A stretch of 64,000 nucleotides of DNA from Clostridium sp. CAG:780 (GTDB lineage Bacteria > Bacillota > Clostridia > TANB77 > CAG-508): assembly GCA_000434195.1 (NCBI GenBank), contig HF994458.1, forward strand, positions 57,352 through 121,351, given 5' to 3'. How positions within the stretch are numbered: position 1 is the first letter of the stretch; each line of letters starts with the position of its first letter. Below the pieces are notes generated by a model that saw only the letters and a list, made by a program, of their open reading frames with translations, had not been told where the DNA came from and did not search any database. Below, piece by piece: positions 9,844 to 19,606 of the stretch. Both the position numbers and the translations under genes were made by a program.

Positions 9844-11682
9844 TTAAATTTCCATTATTATTGGTAATATCATTGGATCTCTTTTTGTTTTTTGGAATAT
9901 ATAATCTCTTAAGTTGTCTTTTAATGTTGATTTGATTGTTGACCAATCTGTAATATGTCTTTGTTCAAATTCATATACTTCTGATTTTATTACGCTTTTT
10001 ACTTCTTCCATTAGGTTTTCTGATTCTCTAACATATACAAATCCTCTTGAGATTACATCTGGTCCAGATACTATCTCTCCAGTTGATGAATCCATTGTTA
10101 AAACAATTACTATCAAACCGTCTTGTGATAAGTGTTGTCTATCTCTTAAAACTATATTTCCTACATCTCCAACACCTAGACCGTCTACTAGTACTTTTCC
10201 TGATGGTACAGATGTTGTGAATTTTGCTTCGTCTTCATTTATCTCTAATGTTCTACCATTGTGTGTGATAAATATATTTTGTGCTGGTATTCCCAATTTT
10301 TTAGCTGTTTCAGCGTGTGCAATTAATTGTCTGTATTCTCCGTGTACTGGTATAAAGTATTTCGGTCTTGCTAAAGATAATATCAATTTTTGTTCTTCTT
10401 GGCAAGCGTGTCCTGAAACGTGAACATCAGCAAGTGCACTGTATACTACTTCTGCTCCTATCTTCATTAAGTCATCTATTACTTTTGATACTAATTTTTC
10501 GTTTCCAGGAATTGCATTTGCAGAAATAATTACTAAGTCATTTGGTGTTATTGTTACTTTTTTGTGCTCTCCTGCTGCCATTCTTGTTAAAGCTGACATT
10601 GTTTCGCCTTGGCTTCCTGTTGTAATTATTACTAATTGTTCGTCATTGTAATTTTTAATTAAGTCTATGTCTATAAATGTATCTTCTGGCGCATCAATGT
10701 AGCCTATTTCCATAGCTGTTTCTATCATTTTTATCATACTTCTACCACATACAGCTATTTTTCTATTATATTTAACAGCTGAATCTACTATTTGTTGAAC
10801 CCTATGAACATTTGATGCGAATGTTGCAACTACTATTCTTTTTTTACAGTTCATAAATAGTTTGTCAAACACTTCTCCAACAGAGCTTTCTGACATTGTA
10901 AATCCTTTTCTCTCTGCATTTGTACTATCTGACATAAGAGCTAGTATTCCTTTGTTTCCAAGCTCTGCAATTCTTCCTAGATTCATTTGCTTTCCATCTA
11001 TTGGTGTATAGTCTATTTTAAAGTCACCTGTATGAAGTATTGTTCCTGTTGGTGTTGATATTGCTAACATTACAGAATCTGGTATACTGTGGCAACTGCT
11101 TATAAATTCTACACTGAATTTTCCAAGTTTAACTGTTTGTCCTTGCTCAACTTCGTGCAATTCTGAGTTTCTTAATAAATGATGTTCTTCTAATTTTCCT
11201 TTTATTAGTCCTATTGTTAATTTAGTTGCATATATTGGAATGTTTACTTGTTGTAATACATATGGTATTGAACCAATGTGATCTTCGTGCCCGTGTGTTA
11301 TTACCATTCCTCTTATTTTTTCTTTATTTTTTACTAAGTATGATACGTCTGGTATAACTAAGTCTATTCCAAGCATATCATCTGTTGGGAATTCTAGACC
11401 ACAGTCTACTACAATTATATCGTTCTCGTACTCAAATACTGTAATATTCTTACCAATCTCTTCAATTCCTCCTAAAGGAATTATTTTTATATTTGGTTTT
11501 TTGAATCTAAATTCTTCTTTTTTTGGTGCTCTTTTTCTAGTTGTCTTTTTCTCTACTACAACCTTTTCTTGAGCTTCTGTTTTTTTGTTATAGTTTTTTC
11601 TATATCCTCTCTTTTTAGTATTCTTGACTACGGAATTAGTTTTGTTTTCCATAGTATTATTGTTTAAGTTTTCTTCTGTCAT
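9844..11682 (-). CDS. rnj: ribonuclease J with a Lys-rich N-terminal extension
   Basis: Metallo-beta-lactamase/beta-CASP motifs (ITHGHEDHIG, MSDSTNAE, HVSGHA). AAGGAG RBS before the ATG at 11682. Confidence 0.9.
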   Translation of the reverse strand: MTEENLNNNTMENKTNSVVKNTKKRGYRKNYNKKTEAQEKVVVEKKTTRKRAPKKEEFRFKKPNIKIIPLGGIEEIGKNITVFEYENDIIVVDCGLEFPTDDMLGIDLVIPDVSYLVKNKEKIRGMVITHGHEDHIGSIPYVLQQVNIPIYATKLTIGLIKGKLEEHHLLRNSELHEVEQGQTVKLGKFSVEFISSCHSIPDSVMLAISTPTGTILHTGDFKIDYTPIDGKQMNLGRIAELGNKGILALMSDSTNAERKGFTMSESSVGEVFDKLFMNCKKRIVVATFASNVHRVQQIVDSAVKYNRKIAVCGRSMIKMIETAMEIGYIDAPEDTFIDIDLIKNYNDEQLVIITTGSQGETMSALTRMAAGEHKKVTITPNDLVIISANAIPGNEKLVSKVIDDLMKIGAEVVYSALADVHVSGHACQEEQKLILSLARPKYFIPVHGEYRQLIAHAETAKKLGIPAQNIFITHNGRTLEINEDEAKFTTSVPSGKVLVDGLGVGDVGNIVLRDRQHLSQDGLIVIVLTMDSSTGEIVSGPDVISRGFVYVRESENLMEEVKSVIKSEVYEFEQRHITDWSTIKSTLKDNLRDYIFQKTKRDPMILPIIMEI

Positions 11683-11939
11683 TATTATTTATCTCCTTCT
11701 TTCTTTGTGTGTTGTTACTCTCATTTTATCCGTTCTCATAAAATATTTTATTTGTACGCAAAAATACATATATCTATTATTTCCTAGATATATTATTTTA
11801 CAACATCCTATAAATATTACTATATAAAATTTCCGCCCAATATAGTAATTATAATAATATAAAATCTCTTCTTTACCCGATTTCTGGGTAACAACTGTTT
11901 ATTATTATATACTAATTTTCTGAAATTGTCAAATTTTGC

Positions 11940-11968
11940 TTGACAAAGCTCTTAGATTTTGGTATTAT
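11940..11968 (+). promoter_or_regulatory. candidate promoter of the tRNA-Gly/tRNA-Cys unit
   Basis: TTGACA (11940-11945), 17 nt spacer, TATTAT, 16 nt before the tRNA 5' end. Confidence 0.5.
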
Positions 11969-11984
11969 AATAATGCTTGAATTT

Positions 11985-12060
11985 GCGGGAATAGCTCAGT
12001 TGATAGAGTGCTGCCTTGCCAAGGCAGAGGTCACGGGTTTGAGCCCCGCTTCCCGCTCCA
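11985..12060 (+). tRNA. tRNA-Gly (anticodon GCC)
   Basis: Cloverleaf: acceptor GCGGGAA/TTCCCGC, anticodon arm CTGCC-TTGCCAA-GGCAG, T-arm, encoded CCA. One A-C mismatch at the base of the T stem. Confidence 0.88.
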
Positions 12061-12142
12061 TTAAGTTTTGTGTAACTTAGTTACACATTTTTTATTAAGT
12101 ATGTTCTATTTATTTTTAATAGTACATAATATTATATTAGAT

Positions 12143-12216
12143 GGCGAGTTAGCCAAGTGGTAAGGCACGAGTCTGCAAAACTCTGATCATCAGTTCGACT
12201 CTGATACTCGCCTCCA
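12143..12216 (+). tRNA. tRNA-Cys (anticodon GCA)
   Basis: Acceptor GGCGAGT/ACTCGCC, 3-bp D stem GCC/GGC, loop CTGCAAA, T-arm ATCAG-TTCGACT-CTGAT, encoded CCA. Confidence 0.9.
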
Positions 12217-12223
12217 GAATCTT

Positions 12224-12259
12224 AAAGAGATACACTTAAAAGTGTATCTCTTTCTTTTG
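12224..12259. terminator. bidirectional intrinsic terminator between the tRNA unit and yitT
   Basis: 13-bp perfect stem AAAGAGATACACT/AGTGTATCTCTTT, loop TAAA, T-run. Confidence 0.6.
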
Positions 12260-13105
12260 TTAAATTTTAAAACCTTTCCCGATTACTTCTCTAGCATTTA
12301 TTATTATTATAAAAGCCTCTTTATCTATATCTTTTGCTATGCTTTGCATCTCATAAGCTTCTGTCCTTGACCCCACACATAATAACGTAAGTTTTTCTTG
12401 ATCTGTATACATCCCTTTTGAAAATAATCCAGTACTCCCCCTATTGATACTTGCTGATATTTGACCTGCGATTTCTTCGTATTTAGGTGAAATTATAAAT
12501 ATGACTTTAGTAAAATTTACACCTTCAAAAATTAAGTCTATCATTTTTCCCATTAAGAATATTGCTATTGCGGAATACAATCCAATTTCTATGTTTTTAA
12601 AGAATATTACATTTAATGCAATTACAACTGTGTCAACCGATAAAATTAGGCTACTGCTTTTATATTGTTTTTTATATGCTCTTATTATGTGCGACAGTAA
12701 ATCAGACCCACCTGTTGATGCATCAAATTTTAATATTATAGCTGTCCCTATTCCTGCAAAAATGCCACCATATATACATCCTAGAAATCTATCATGTGTT
12801 AACGGTGTTATTTTATCTATTAAATCTATCATCAGCGAAAATACTATTGTTCCATATATTGACCTTGCAAATAATTGCTTCCCTATCTTGAAATACGCTA
12901 TTATTAATAATGGTATATTTAATGCAAGTACCGTCACTCCCATTGGAACTTTAAAGAAATAGTATACTATTGTTGCTATTCCAGAAAAGCCACCTGTTGA
13001 AAGCTCATTTGGCAATAAGAATAACGACACTCCTGCTGCCATTATTGTACATCCTAAAGCTATTATTACATATTCCTGAATTGTCTGTACTATTTTATTT
13101 TTCAT
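12260..13105 (-). CDS. YitT-family membrane protein (DUF2179 C-terminal domain)
   Basis: Multi-TM N-terminal part with the GGFSG/GGSD pattern, plus a soluble C-terminal domain. Start set to MKNKIVQ at 13105. Confidence 0.85.
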   Translation of the reverse strand: MKNKIVQTIQEYVIIALGCTIMAAGVSLFLLPNELSTGGFSGIATIVYYFFKVPMGVTVLALNIPLLIIAYFKIGKQLFARSIYGTIVFSLMIDLIDKITPLTHDRFLGCIYGGIFAGIGTAIILKFDASTGGSDLLSHIIRAYKKQYKSSSLILSVDTVVIALNVIFFKNIEIGLYSAIAIFLMGKMIDLIFEGVNFTKVIFIISPKYEEIAGQISASINRGSTGLFSKGMYTDQEKLTLLCVGSRTEAYEMQSIAKDIDKEAFIIIINAREVIGKGFKI

Positions 13106-13156
13106 AAAAAAATCACCTATATTACCATTATTGGCAATTATAGGCAATTTTATTCA

Positions 13157-14194
13157 TTATGCTGTTTCTAGCACATTTACTTTAAATTTCCCTTCTTTGA
13201 TTTCATCATTTTCTTTTGCAGTTGCAATTAAAGCATATGTATCTTTTAGCTTCTCCAAATTTTCTTTTTTATGTCCAACAATATTGTTTATGTTCTTAGA
13301 ATTAGCTTCTATTTCCACTTTAATTACTTTTGCATTTATCTTTTTTATTTCATCAACTATTTTGTCATACCAAATAGCATCTTCTACTAATTGTCCAAAG
13401 GCTGGGTGATATGGTCCTGCAACGACTTCACTTTCTTTGTTTTCCGAATCTGTTATAGTGTCAGTATTTTGAAGTCCAACTCTAATTACTCTGATATTTT
13501 TTTGCTCAAATAATTTTACAATTTCCTTTGATCTTTCTACCGCCTGGCCCACTGTTAAAGGTGTAAAATCTCCTTTGTTAAATTCTTCTTCCAATTCTGT
13601 TCCCTTAATTACTAGTACAGGATATATTCTTACCATTTTGGGTCTTAGTTTTATAATGTCTTTGGCACTTTGAATGTCATCTTTTTCTGTACTATCTGGA
13701 AGTCCCACCATCATTTGGTGTCCTAGATTAAATCTATAAAAACGTATTAGCTTTGAAGCTTTTTTTACATCTTCAAAACTATGTCCTCTTTTACATCTTG
13801 CCAATATATAGTTGTTAGTAGATTGCACTCCTAGTTCTATTGTTTTTACATTGTATTTTTTCAGCATACGAAGTATATCTTTATCAATCGCATCTGGTCT
13901 TGTTGACAGTCTAATGCTATCTACTTTCTTTTCTTCTATATATGGCTGTACAGCACTAAGTAGTTCTTCTTGTTTTTCTCTTTCTATTGCAGTAAAGCTT
14001 CCGCCAAAGAATGCCACCTCAACATAATTGTTTTCATTTTTGAAGTTTTTTAGATAATATTCTATTGTATTTGTTACATCTTTTGCAGTTACCTGCTTTT
14101 TCTCTCCGCTTATTGTTCTTTGGTTACAAAAAGTACAACATTTTTTACATCCTAAATGTGGTACAAATATTGGTATAATATATTCTTTCTTCAA
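13157..14194 (-). CDS. radical SAM protein (ELP3-like Fe-S oxidoreductase)
   Basis: CKKCCTFC gives CxxxCxxC. TTG start behind AAGGAGG. The position just downstream of rnc is typical of clostridia. Confidence 0.8.
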   Translation of the reverse strand: MKKEYIIPIFVPHLGCKKCCTFCNQRTISGEKKQVTAKDVTNTIEYYLKNFKNENNYVEVAFFGGSFTAIEREKQEELLSAVQPYIEEKKVDSIRLSTRPDAIDKDILRMLKKYNVKTIELGVQSTNNYILARCKRGHSFEDVKKASKLIRFYRFNLGHQMMVGLPDSTEKDDIQSAKDIIKLRPKMVRIYPVLVIKGTELEEEFNKGDFTPLTVGQAVERSKEIVKLFEQKNIRVIRVGLQNTDTITDSENKESEVVAGPYHPAFGQLVEDAIWYDKIVDEIKKINAKVIKVEIEANSKNINNIVGHKKENLEKLKDTYALIATAKENDEIKEGKFKVNVLETA

Positions 14195-14221
14195 TACTAT
14201 TACCTCCTTATATATACCATT

Positions 14222-14896
14222 TTATAGCGTTTCTAGTGCTTTTCCTGCTGCATCCATTTCTGCTTGTTTTTTTGTTTTGCCTTTTCCTACTGCTAAAACT
14301 TTTCCATCCAATTTAACTTCTGCTGTAAATGTCTTGTCGTGGTCTGGACCTGTTTCGTTTATGATTTCATATTTTATATTTACATTTCCATTAACCTGTA
14401 ATTTCTCTTGCAATACTGTTTTATGGTCCTTTATTCCAACATTTTTTGTTGCAATCTCTATTTCTTCCTTTAAATTGCTAATTATAAATTTTTCTGCTTC
14501 TTCTAATCCAGAATCAAAGTAAATTGCTGCAATTACTGCTTCTACACTATCTGCCATTATTGCTATTTTTCTATTACCTTGATGCATTCTTTCGCTTTTT
14601 CCTACATATAAGAAATCACTAAAATTGTGCTTATCTGCAATCTTGTATAGACTATCCTCGCAAACTACAGTCGCTCTAACTTTAGTCATTTCTCCTTCTT
14701 TTAATTTTGGATAATTATTGTATATATACTTACTTGATAAAAATTCTAATATACTATCTCCAAGGAATTCCAACTTTTCATTGCTCTGTATATGATTTTC
14801 ATATGCATATGAAGTATGTGTTAATGCGTTTTTTAGCAATGCCTTGTTCTTGAATGTATATCCAATATTTTTTTCTAAAATTTCAAGCTTGTCCAT
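14222..14896 (-). CDS. rnc: ribonuclease III
   Basis: NEKLEFLGDSILE signature and a C-terminal dsRBD (GPDHDKTF...GKGKTKKQAE). Confidence 0.93.
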   Translation of the reverse strand: MDKLEILEKNIGYTFKNKALLKNALTHTSYAYENHIQSNEKLEFLGDSILEFLSSKYIYNNYPKLKEGEMTKVRATVVCEDSLYKIADKHNFSDFLYVGKSERMHQGNRKIAIMADSVEAVIAAIYFDSGLEEAEKFIISNLKEEIEIATKNVGIKDHKTVLQEKLQVNGNVNIKYEIINETGPDHDKTFTAEVKLDGKVLAVGKGKTKKQAEMDAAGKALETL

Positions 14897-15016
14897 CTTT
14901 TCACTTCCTTTCTATCATAAAAATAAAAAGAAAGGTCGAACTAGAAGCTAATAAAAGTTATCCTTTTATATTGCTTTTAGTAGCTTCAAACAAAAACCTT
15001 TCAAATTTATTTTTTC

Positions 15017-15259
15017 TTATGCAACATGTTCCTTTATATAGTCGACTACGTCACCTACTGTAACTATCTTTTCTGCATCAGCGTCAGGGATTTCTGTATC
15101 AAATTCTTCCTCTAATGCCATTATTAATTCTACTATATCTAGTGAATCAGCTCCTAGATCATCTATAAAAGATGCTTCCATTGTAACAGCTGTTTCAGCT
15201 ACTCCTAATTGCTCTACTATTATCTCTTTTACCTTCTCAAATATTTCTTCTGAACTCAT
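15017..15259 (-). CDS. acpP: acyl carrier protein
   Basis: 80 aa with the DLGADSLD phosphopantetheine-attachment motif. Confidence 0.93.
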   Translation of the reverse strand: MSSEEIFEKVKEIIVEQLGVAETAVTMEASFIDDLGADSLDIVELIMALEEEFDTEIPDADAEKIVTVGDVVDYIKEHVA

Positions 15260-15408
15260 TTACAAGTTCACCCCCTCTCAAAATTTCTATCTGCCTATAC
15301 ATACAATAATACAAGTTTGATTAATTGTCAAGTAAAAATAAAAAATATTATTGCCTTTTTTTTATTTAAGTGTTATTATTTTAATAGTATTAACAGAGGA
15401 GAAAAAAT

Positions 15409-16353
15409 ATGAAGGGTGAAAAGTTTGATTTTTATGATTCAAGCTCGATTAAAATTTATAATCTAGACCAGAAGTTACGTTATGAATTAATGATCTTGGA
15501 TAACCTTGATGCAATGACAAAAGTTCATTGTGAAAATGTTGGTAATCTTACCGGAAGAATTTGCCAGAAATTACGTTTAAACAAGAAATTCACAGTGTAT
15601 GCTATGATTTGTGGCTATCTACACGATATTGGAAAAGCTTATATTCCAAAGGAAATTCTTACTAAAGATGGACCTCTTACAGAAGAGGAATTTGAGGTTA
15701 TGAAGACTCATACAACTATTGGTTACAACGTTTGTATGCGAGACTTAAAATTACGTCCATATGCAGATGGTCCTTTATATCATCACGAAGCATTAAATGG
15801 TTCTGGCTACCCAAGTGGATTAACTCAGAAGGATATTCCTTTTGTTGCAAGAATCATACGTGTTGCAGACGAATATGATGCATTAGTAACAAAAAGGCAT
15901 TACACCACTCACGTTCATATTTCTGATACATTAAAAGATCTTATAAAAGATACTCTTCCAGAAGACGAGAAAAAAATTGCCGCACTTGGCCAGTTATCAG
16001 AGAATTCTAATGTTGGAAAGATTAGTCCTAAGATATTACGTACTTTATGCAAGCTCGTAATCGAAGATACAATTTATGAAATAAGTATTGTATGTAACTA
16101 TGTAGATTATTTAAAGGAAAATATTAAAAGATTAGAATTAATAGATTCTTACAGTAATAAAATGCAATCTGCTGTTACTGATAAGAAACGCAATTATTAT
16201 AAAGAAGGAATTGAGATGTTATTTTTGACAGGAGAAGATTTTCAAAATTATCATGATATTCTTGGAGAATATCGTCAAACTCTTGCTCAAAAGGAACAAA
16301 GAATAGATGATTTATATAACGAAATAAAAATAATTAAGAAACTAAAAGTTTAA
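15409..16353 (+). CDS. HD-GYP domain phosphodiesterase-like protein
   Basis: HDIGK, HHEALNGSGYP and RVADEYDAL motifs. C-terminal coiled-coil extension. Confidence 0.85.
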   Translation: MKGEKFDFYDSSSIKIYNLDQKLRYELMILDNLDAMTKVHCENVGNLTGRICQKLRLNKKFTVYAMICGYLHDIGKAYIPKEILTKDGPLTEEEFEVMKTHTTIGYNVCMRDLKLRPYADGPLYHHEALNGSGYPSGLTQKDIPFVARIIRVADEYDALVTKRHYTTHVHISDTLKDLIKDTLPEDEKKIAALGQLSENSNVGKISPKILRTLCKLVIEDTIYEISIVCNYVDYLKENIKRLELIDSYSNKMQSAVTDKKRNYYKEGIEMLFLTGEDFQNYHDILGEYRQTLAQKEQRIDDLYNEIKIIKKLKV

Positions 16354-16391
16354 CAGCTTTTAGTTTCTTCCATTAATTATAGTAGCTTTTA

Positions 16392-16743
16392 TTATTCTCC
16401 TAATCCAAAACTTACCCCTAAAGCATTATTTATCTTGTTCATAACCTTTATATCGTCAATATGCCCTATTTTCTCTTTTAGTCTGCTTTTATCAATCGTT
16501 CTTATTTGTTCTGTCAGCACAATGGAATCTGTTTTTAATTGAGAATTTTCTGGACCTATTTCTATATGTGTTGGTAATTTATTTTTTCCTATTTGAGAAG
16601 TTATAGCAGCCGCTATAACTGTTGGACTGTGCCTGTTTCCCATATCGTTTTGTATGATAACAACAGGTCTTATTCCTCCGTTGTTCCGAACCAACCACAG
16701 GGCTTAAATCAGCATAAAACATATCTCCTCTTTTAACTATCAT
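16392..16743 (-). pseudogene. mazF: mazF/ndoA-type endoribonuclease toxin gene, frameshifted
   Basis: ATG at 16743 (RBS AGGAGTGAG) encodes MIVKRGDMFYADLSPVVGSEQ. The conserved continuation GGIRPVVIIQNDMGNRHSPTVIAAAITSQ...LTEQIRTIDKSRL is in another frame, with one extra base near 16680. Confidence 0.75.
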
Positions 16744-16823
16744 ATTGCTCACTCCTAATATTTCTGTAACTAAGATTTGTTTTTTGATATATTTTAACTA
16801 CTAGTTTAAGATAAAAAACTATA

Positions 16824-17453
16824 TTAATAGTCAATTTCTATCTCATTATATATTATGTTTATTTCTTCTTTTTTGTTATTATCATATATTATTAGTTTTG
16901 TTGGTTTTCCTGTTTTTTCGTCTAAATACAAAGCTTTATGGTTTTTCTTGTTTTTTATTCTCATAATTTTCCCATTGTTCTCTTCTATTGATTTTTCGTT
17001 TGTTGTTTTGAATTCTTCTATAAACGAGCTCAACCATAAATCATTGTTTTCTAAGTTTTTATAATCACTGTAAGTTTTGGTTATATTTAACTTGTCACTC
17101 TGGATTTTTAAACTTCCATTATTGTATGTAGTCTTGATTCCTTTAATGCTTTCTGGCTCTAGCACTTCTTGTACGTCTTCTTGTGAATTATGATTTTGTT
17201 GTAAGATATACTTGTTGCTATTCTTATTGCTATTTATTGTAATTTCTAAAGTTGCTCTGTAAGAACTAATATTTAAAATATTATCACAAACTTTATCTCT
17301 AATTTGATTATTTATATTATTCCCTTTTTTTAAAGTTTTATAATTGTTTTTTGTAAAAATTATAAATAAAATTGCTATTAAAATAAAAAAAGCACTAGCA
17401 ATAAGAATATATATTTTCTTTTTGCTATGCTTATATTTCTCTATTTTTAACAT
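16824..17453 (-). CDS. membrane-anchored hypothetical protein, possibly YdcC/LolA-like
   Basis: N-terminal TM (IYILIASAFFILIAILFIIF) followed by a beta-rich domain. ATG at 17453 behind GAGGTG. Its position beside mazF resembles the B. subtilis ydcC locus. The family assignment is tentative. Confidence 0.5.
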   Translation of the reverse strand: MLKIEKYKHSKKKIYILIASAFFILIAILFIIFTKNNYKTLKKGNNINNQIRDKVCDNILNISSYRATLEITINSNKNSNKYILQQNHNSQEDVQEVLEPESIKGIKTTYNNGSLKIQSDKLNITKTYSDYKNLENNDLWLSSFIEEFKTTNEKSIEENNGKIMRIKNKKNHKALYLDEKTGKPTKLIIYDNNKKEEINIIYNEIEIDY

Positions 17454-17511
17454 ATTTTCACACCTCATATATTGTTTTATACAATTATATTTTGTATAAG
17501 CAAATATATGA

Positions 17512-18471
17512 TTATAGTGTGCTAAAATATTCTTTTAAATAATCTACTACTTCTTCTCTTGTCTCCAATGTGTTCATATGGTTTCTAAATTGACTTGAGT
17601 CTTTTAAGCTTTTGGTATATGCCGAAATGTGTTTTCTCATTTCTTTGATTGCAACTCTCTCTCCTTTTTCTTCTATTTCCAAATCTATATGCTTTAGAAT
17701 GATATCTAATCTTTCTTTATTGCTTGGCTTCGGAATTCTGTTTCCAGTTTTTAAGTATTCTAGCGTCTGAGTAAATATCCATGGATTTCCTAATGTTGCT
17801 CTTCCAATCATAACTCCATCAACTTTGCTGAATTTCAATGCTTTTTCCACATCTTCTGCACATTTTAGATCTCCATTTCCTATCACAGGGATTTTTACAG
17901 TTTCTTTTACTTTTTTGATTATTTCCCAGTCTGCTTCTCCTGAATAATATTGACTTCTTGTTCTGCCATGCACTGTAATTGCACTTGCTCCCGCCTGTTC
18001 TATAATTTTTGCAGCTTCTAGTGCAACAATATTCTCTTCGTCCCATCCTTTTCTTATTTTTACAGTAACCGGTACTTTTGAGTTTTTTACTGCTGTTTCA
18101 ACTATTTGTTTAACTAGTTCTAGGTCTAACAATAATCTACTTCCATCTCCATTTTTTACAACTTTTGGAGCTGGGCATCCCATATTTATATCTACAATAT
18201 CAGCAAACTCACTTACATATTTACTCGCATAAGCAATAGATTCCACATCACTTCCAAATATTTGTACAGCTAACGGTCTTTCTTCTTTGCAAGTCTTAAG
18301 TAATAGCTTTGTTTTCTCATCTCCATATAAGAGTGCTTTAGCACTAACCATTTCGGTATATACTAAGCCCGCACCTTTTTCTTTGCATATTAATCTAAAT
18401 GGCAGGTCTGTGATACCTGCCATTGGTGCTAGAAATATGTTATTATCTGTTTCTACATTTCCTATTTTCAA
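17512..18471 (-). CDS. dusB: tRNA-dihydrouridine synthase
   Basis: LAPMAGITD, INMGCP and HGRTR motifs of the Dus family. Confidence 0.9.
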   Translation of the reverse strand: MKIGNVETDNNIFLAPMAGITDLPFRLICKEKGAGLVYTEMVSAKALLYGDEKTKLLLKTCKEERPLAVQIFGSDVESIAYASKYVSEFADIVDINMGCPAPKVVKNGDGSRLLLDLELVKQIVETAVKNSKVPVTVKIRKGWDEENIVALEAAKIIEQAGASAITVHGRTRSQYYSGEADWEIIKKVKETVKIPVIGNGDLKCAEDVEKALKFSKVDGVMIGRATLGNPWIFTQTLEYLKTGNRIPKPSNKERLDIILKHIDLEIEEKGERVAIKEMRKHISAYTKSLKDSSQFRNHMNTLETREEVVDYLKEYFSTL

Positions 18472-18483
18472 AATATTCTCCTA

Positions 18484-19590
18484 TTAATTTACAAATATTG
18501 CTTTTTGTCTTCTTCCACTAATATTCAATAATAATCCTATAAGTATTAAGTTAGTAAGTAACGAACTTCCTCCATAGCTTACGAATGGAAGTGGAACTCC
18601 TGTTATTGGAAGCAATCCCATTGCCATTCCTATGTTTTCAGTCATGTGAAATATGAATATTCCGGCTATCCCCATAGATATATATGCCCCAAGGCTATCC
18701 TTTGCTGTTTTTGCAATATATATTGCTCTTGTTATTAATATTACATATGTAATTATTACTGTGGCCGCGATTATGAATCCCATTTCTTCGCCTATCACAG
18801 CAAATATGAAGTCCGTAGTTTTTGGATATAAGAATCCTAATTGTGTTTGATTTCCTTTTAATAAGCCCATTCCCAAGAATTCTCCTGAACCTATCGCAAG
18901 TTTTGATTGTATTACGTTATACCCTGAACCTCTTGGGTCTAAATTTGGATTTAAAAATACGTCTATTCTTGTTTTTGCATGTTCTGGTAAAACAAAGAAA
19001 TATAATAGCGGTAAGGCTATTAGTACTAATAATATTCCAGCTATTATGTATCTCTTTTTTATTCCTGAAACAAACAACATTAGCACTGTTGCAATTACAA
19101 ACGCTACTGCTGTTCCATAATCAGGTTGTTTTATTATTAATAGTACCGGAACCATTACTATCGCTAATGCTACTAGCAGTCTAGTGGGTCTGCTTATTTG
19201 GTCTTTTCCTTTTTCTTGTATTCTAGACATATATGTTGCAAGTGTTATTGTAACAATAACTTTTGCAAATTCCGCTGGTTGTAGTGAGATTGATCCTATT
19301 GTAAACCAGCTTGTCGCTCCATGGTTACTCGGAGTAAATAGAACAGCGATTAATGCTATTAGTATTAATCCATATAATATTGGCGATATTTTTGATATGA
19401 AGTTATAGTCTATAAATATTATCGCAATCATTATTGGAAGACTTATCGCAATCCAAATTATTTGTTTTTTCAGTTCTTCATAATCCGCGCTCTGCGTTGC
19501 CGAAAACAAAGCAACTAATCCTATTGCTAGAAGTATCAACGTACAGATAAGTATTCCCCAATCCATGTTCTTTAAGATTTTATTTTTCAT
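18484..19590 (-). CDS. rodA: FtsW/RodA/SpoVE-family peptidoglycan polymerase (RodA by context)
   Basis: About 10 TM segments, SLQPAEFAK and TGVPLPFVSYGGSS motifs. Immediately downstream of minDE. Confidence 0.85.
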   Translation of the reverse strand: MKNKILKNMDWGILICTLILLAIGLVALFSATQSADYEELKKQIIWIAISLPIMIAIIFIDYNFISKISPILYGLILIALIAVLFTPSNHGATSWFTIGSISLQPAEFAKVIVTITLATYMSRIQEKGKDQISRPTRLLVALAIVMVPVLLIIKQPDYGTAVAFVIATVLMLFVSGIKKRYIIAGILLVLIALPLLYFFVLPEHAKTRIDVFLNPNLDPRGSGYNVIQSKLAIGSGEFLGMGLLKGNQTQLGFLYPKTTDFIFAVIGEEMGFIIAATVIITYVILITRAIYIAKTAKDSLGAYISMGIAGIFIFHMTENIGMAMGLLPITGVPLPFVSYGGSSLLTNLILIGLLLNISGRRQKAIFVN

Positions 19591-19606
19591 GATTCAATAA
19601 CCTCAT

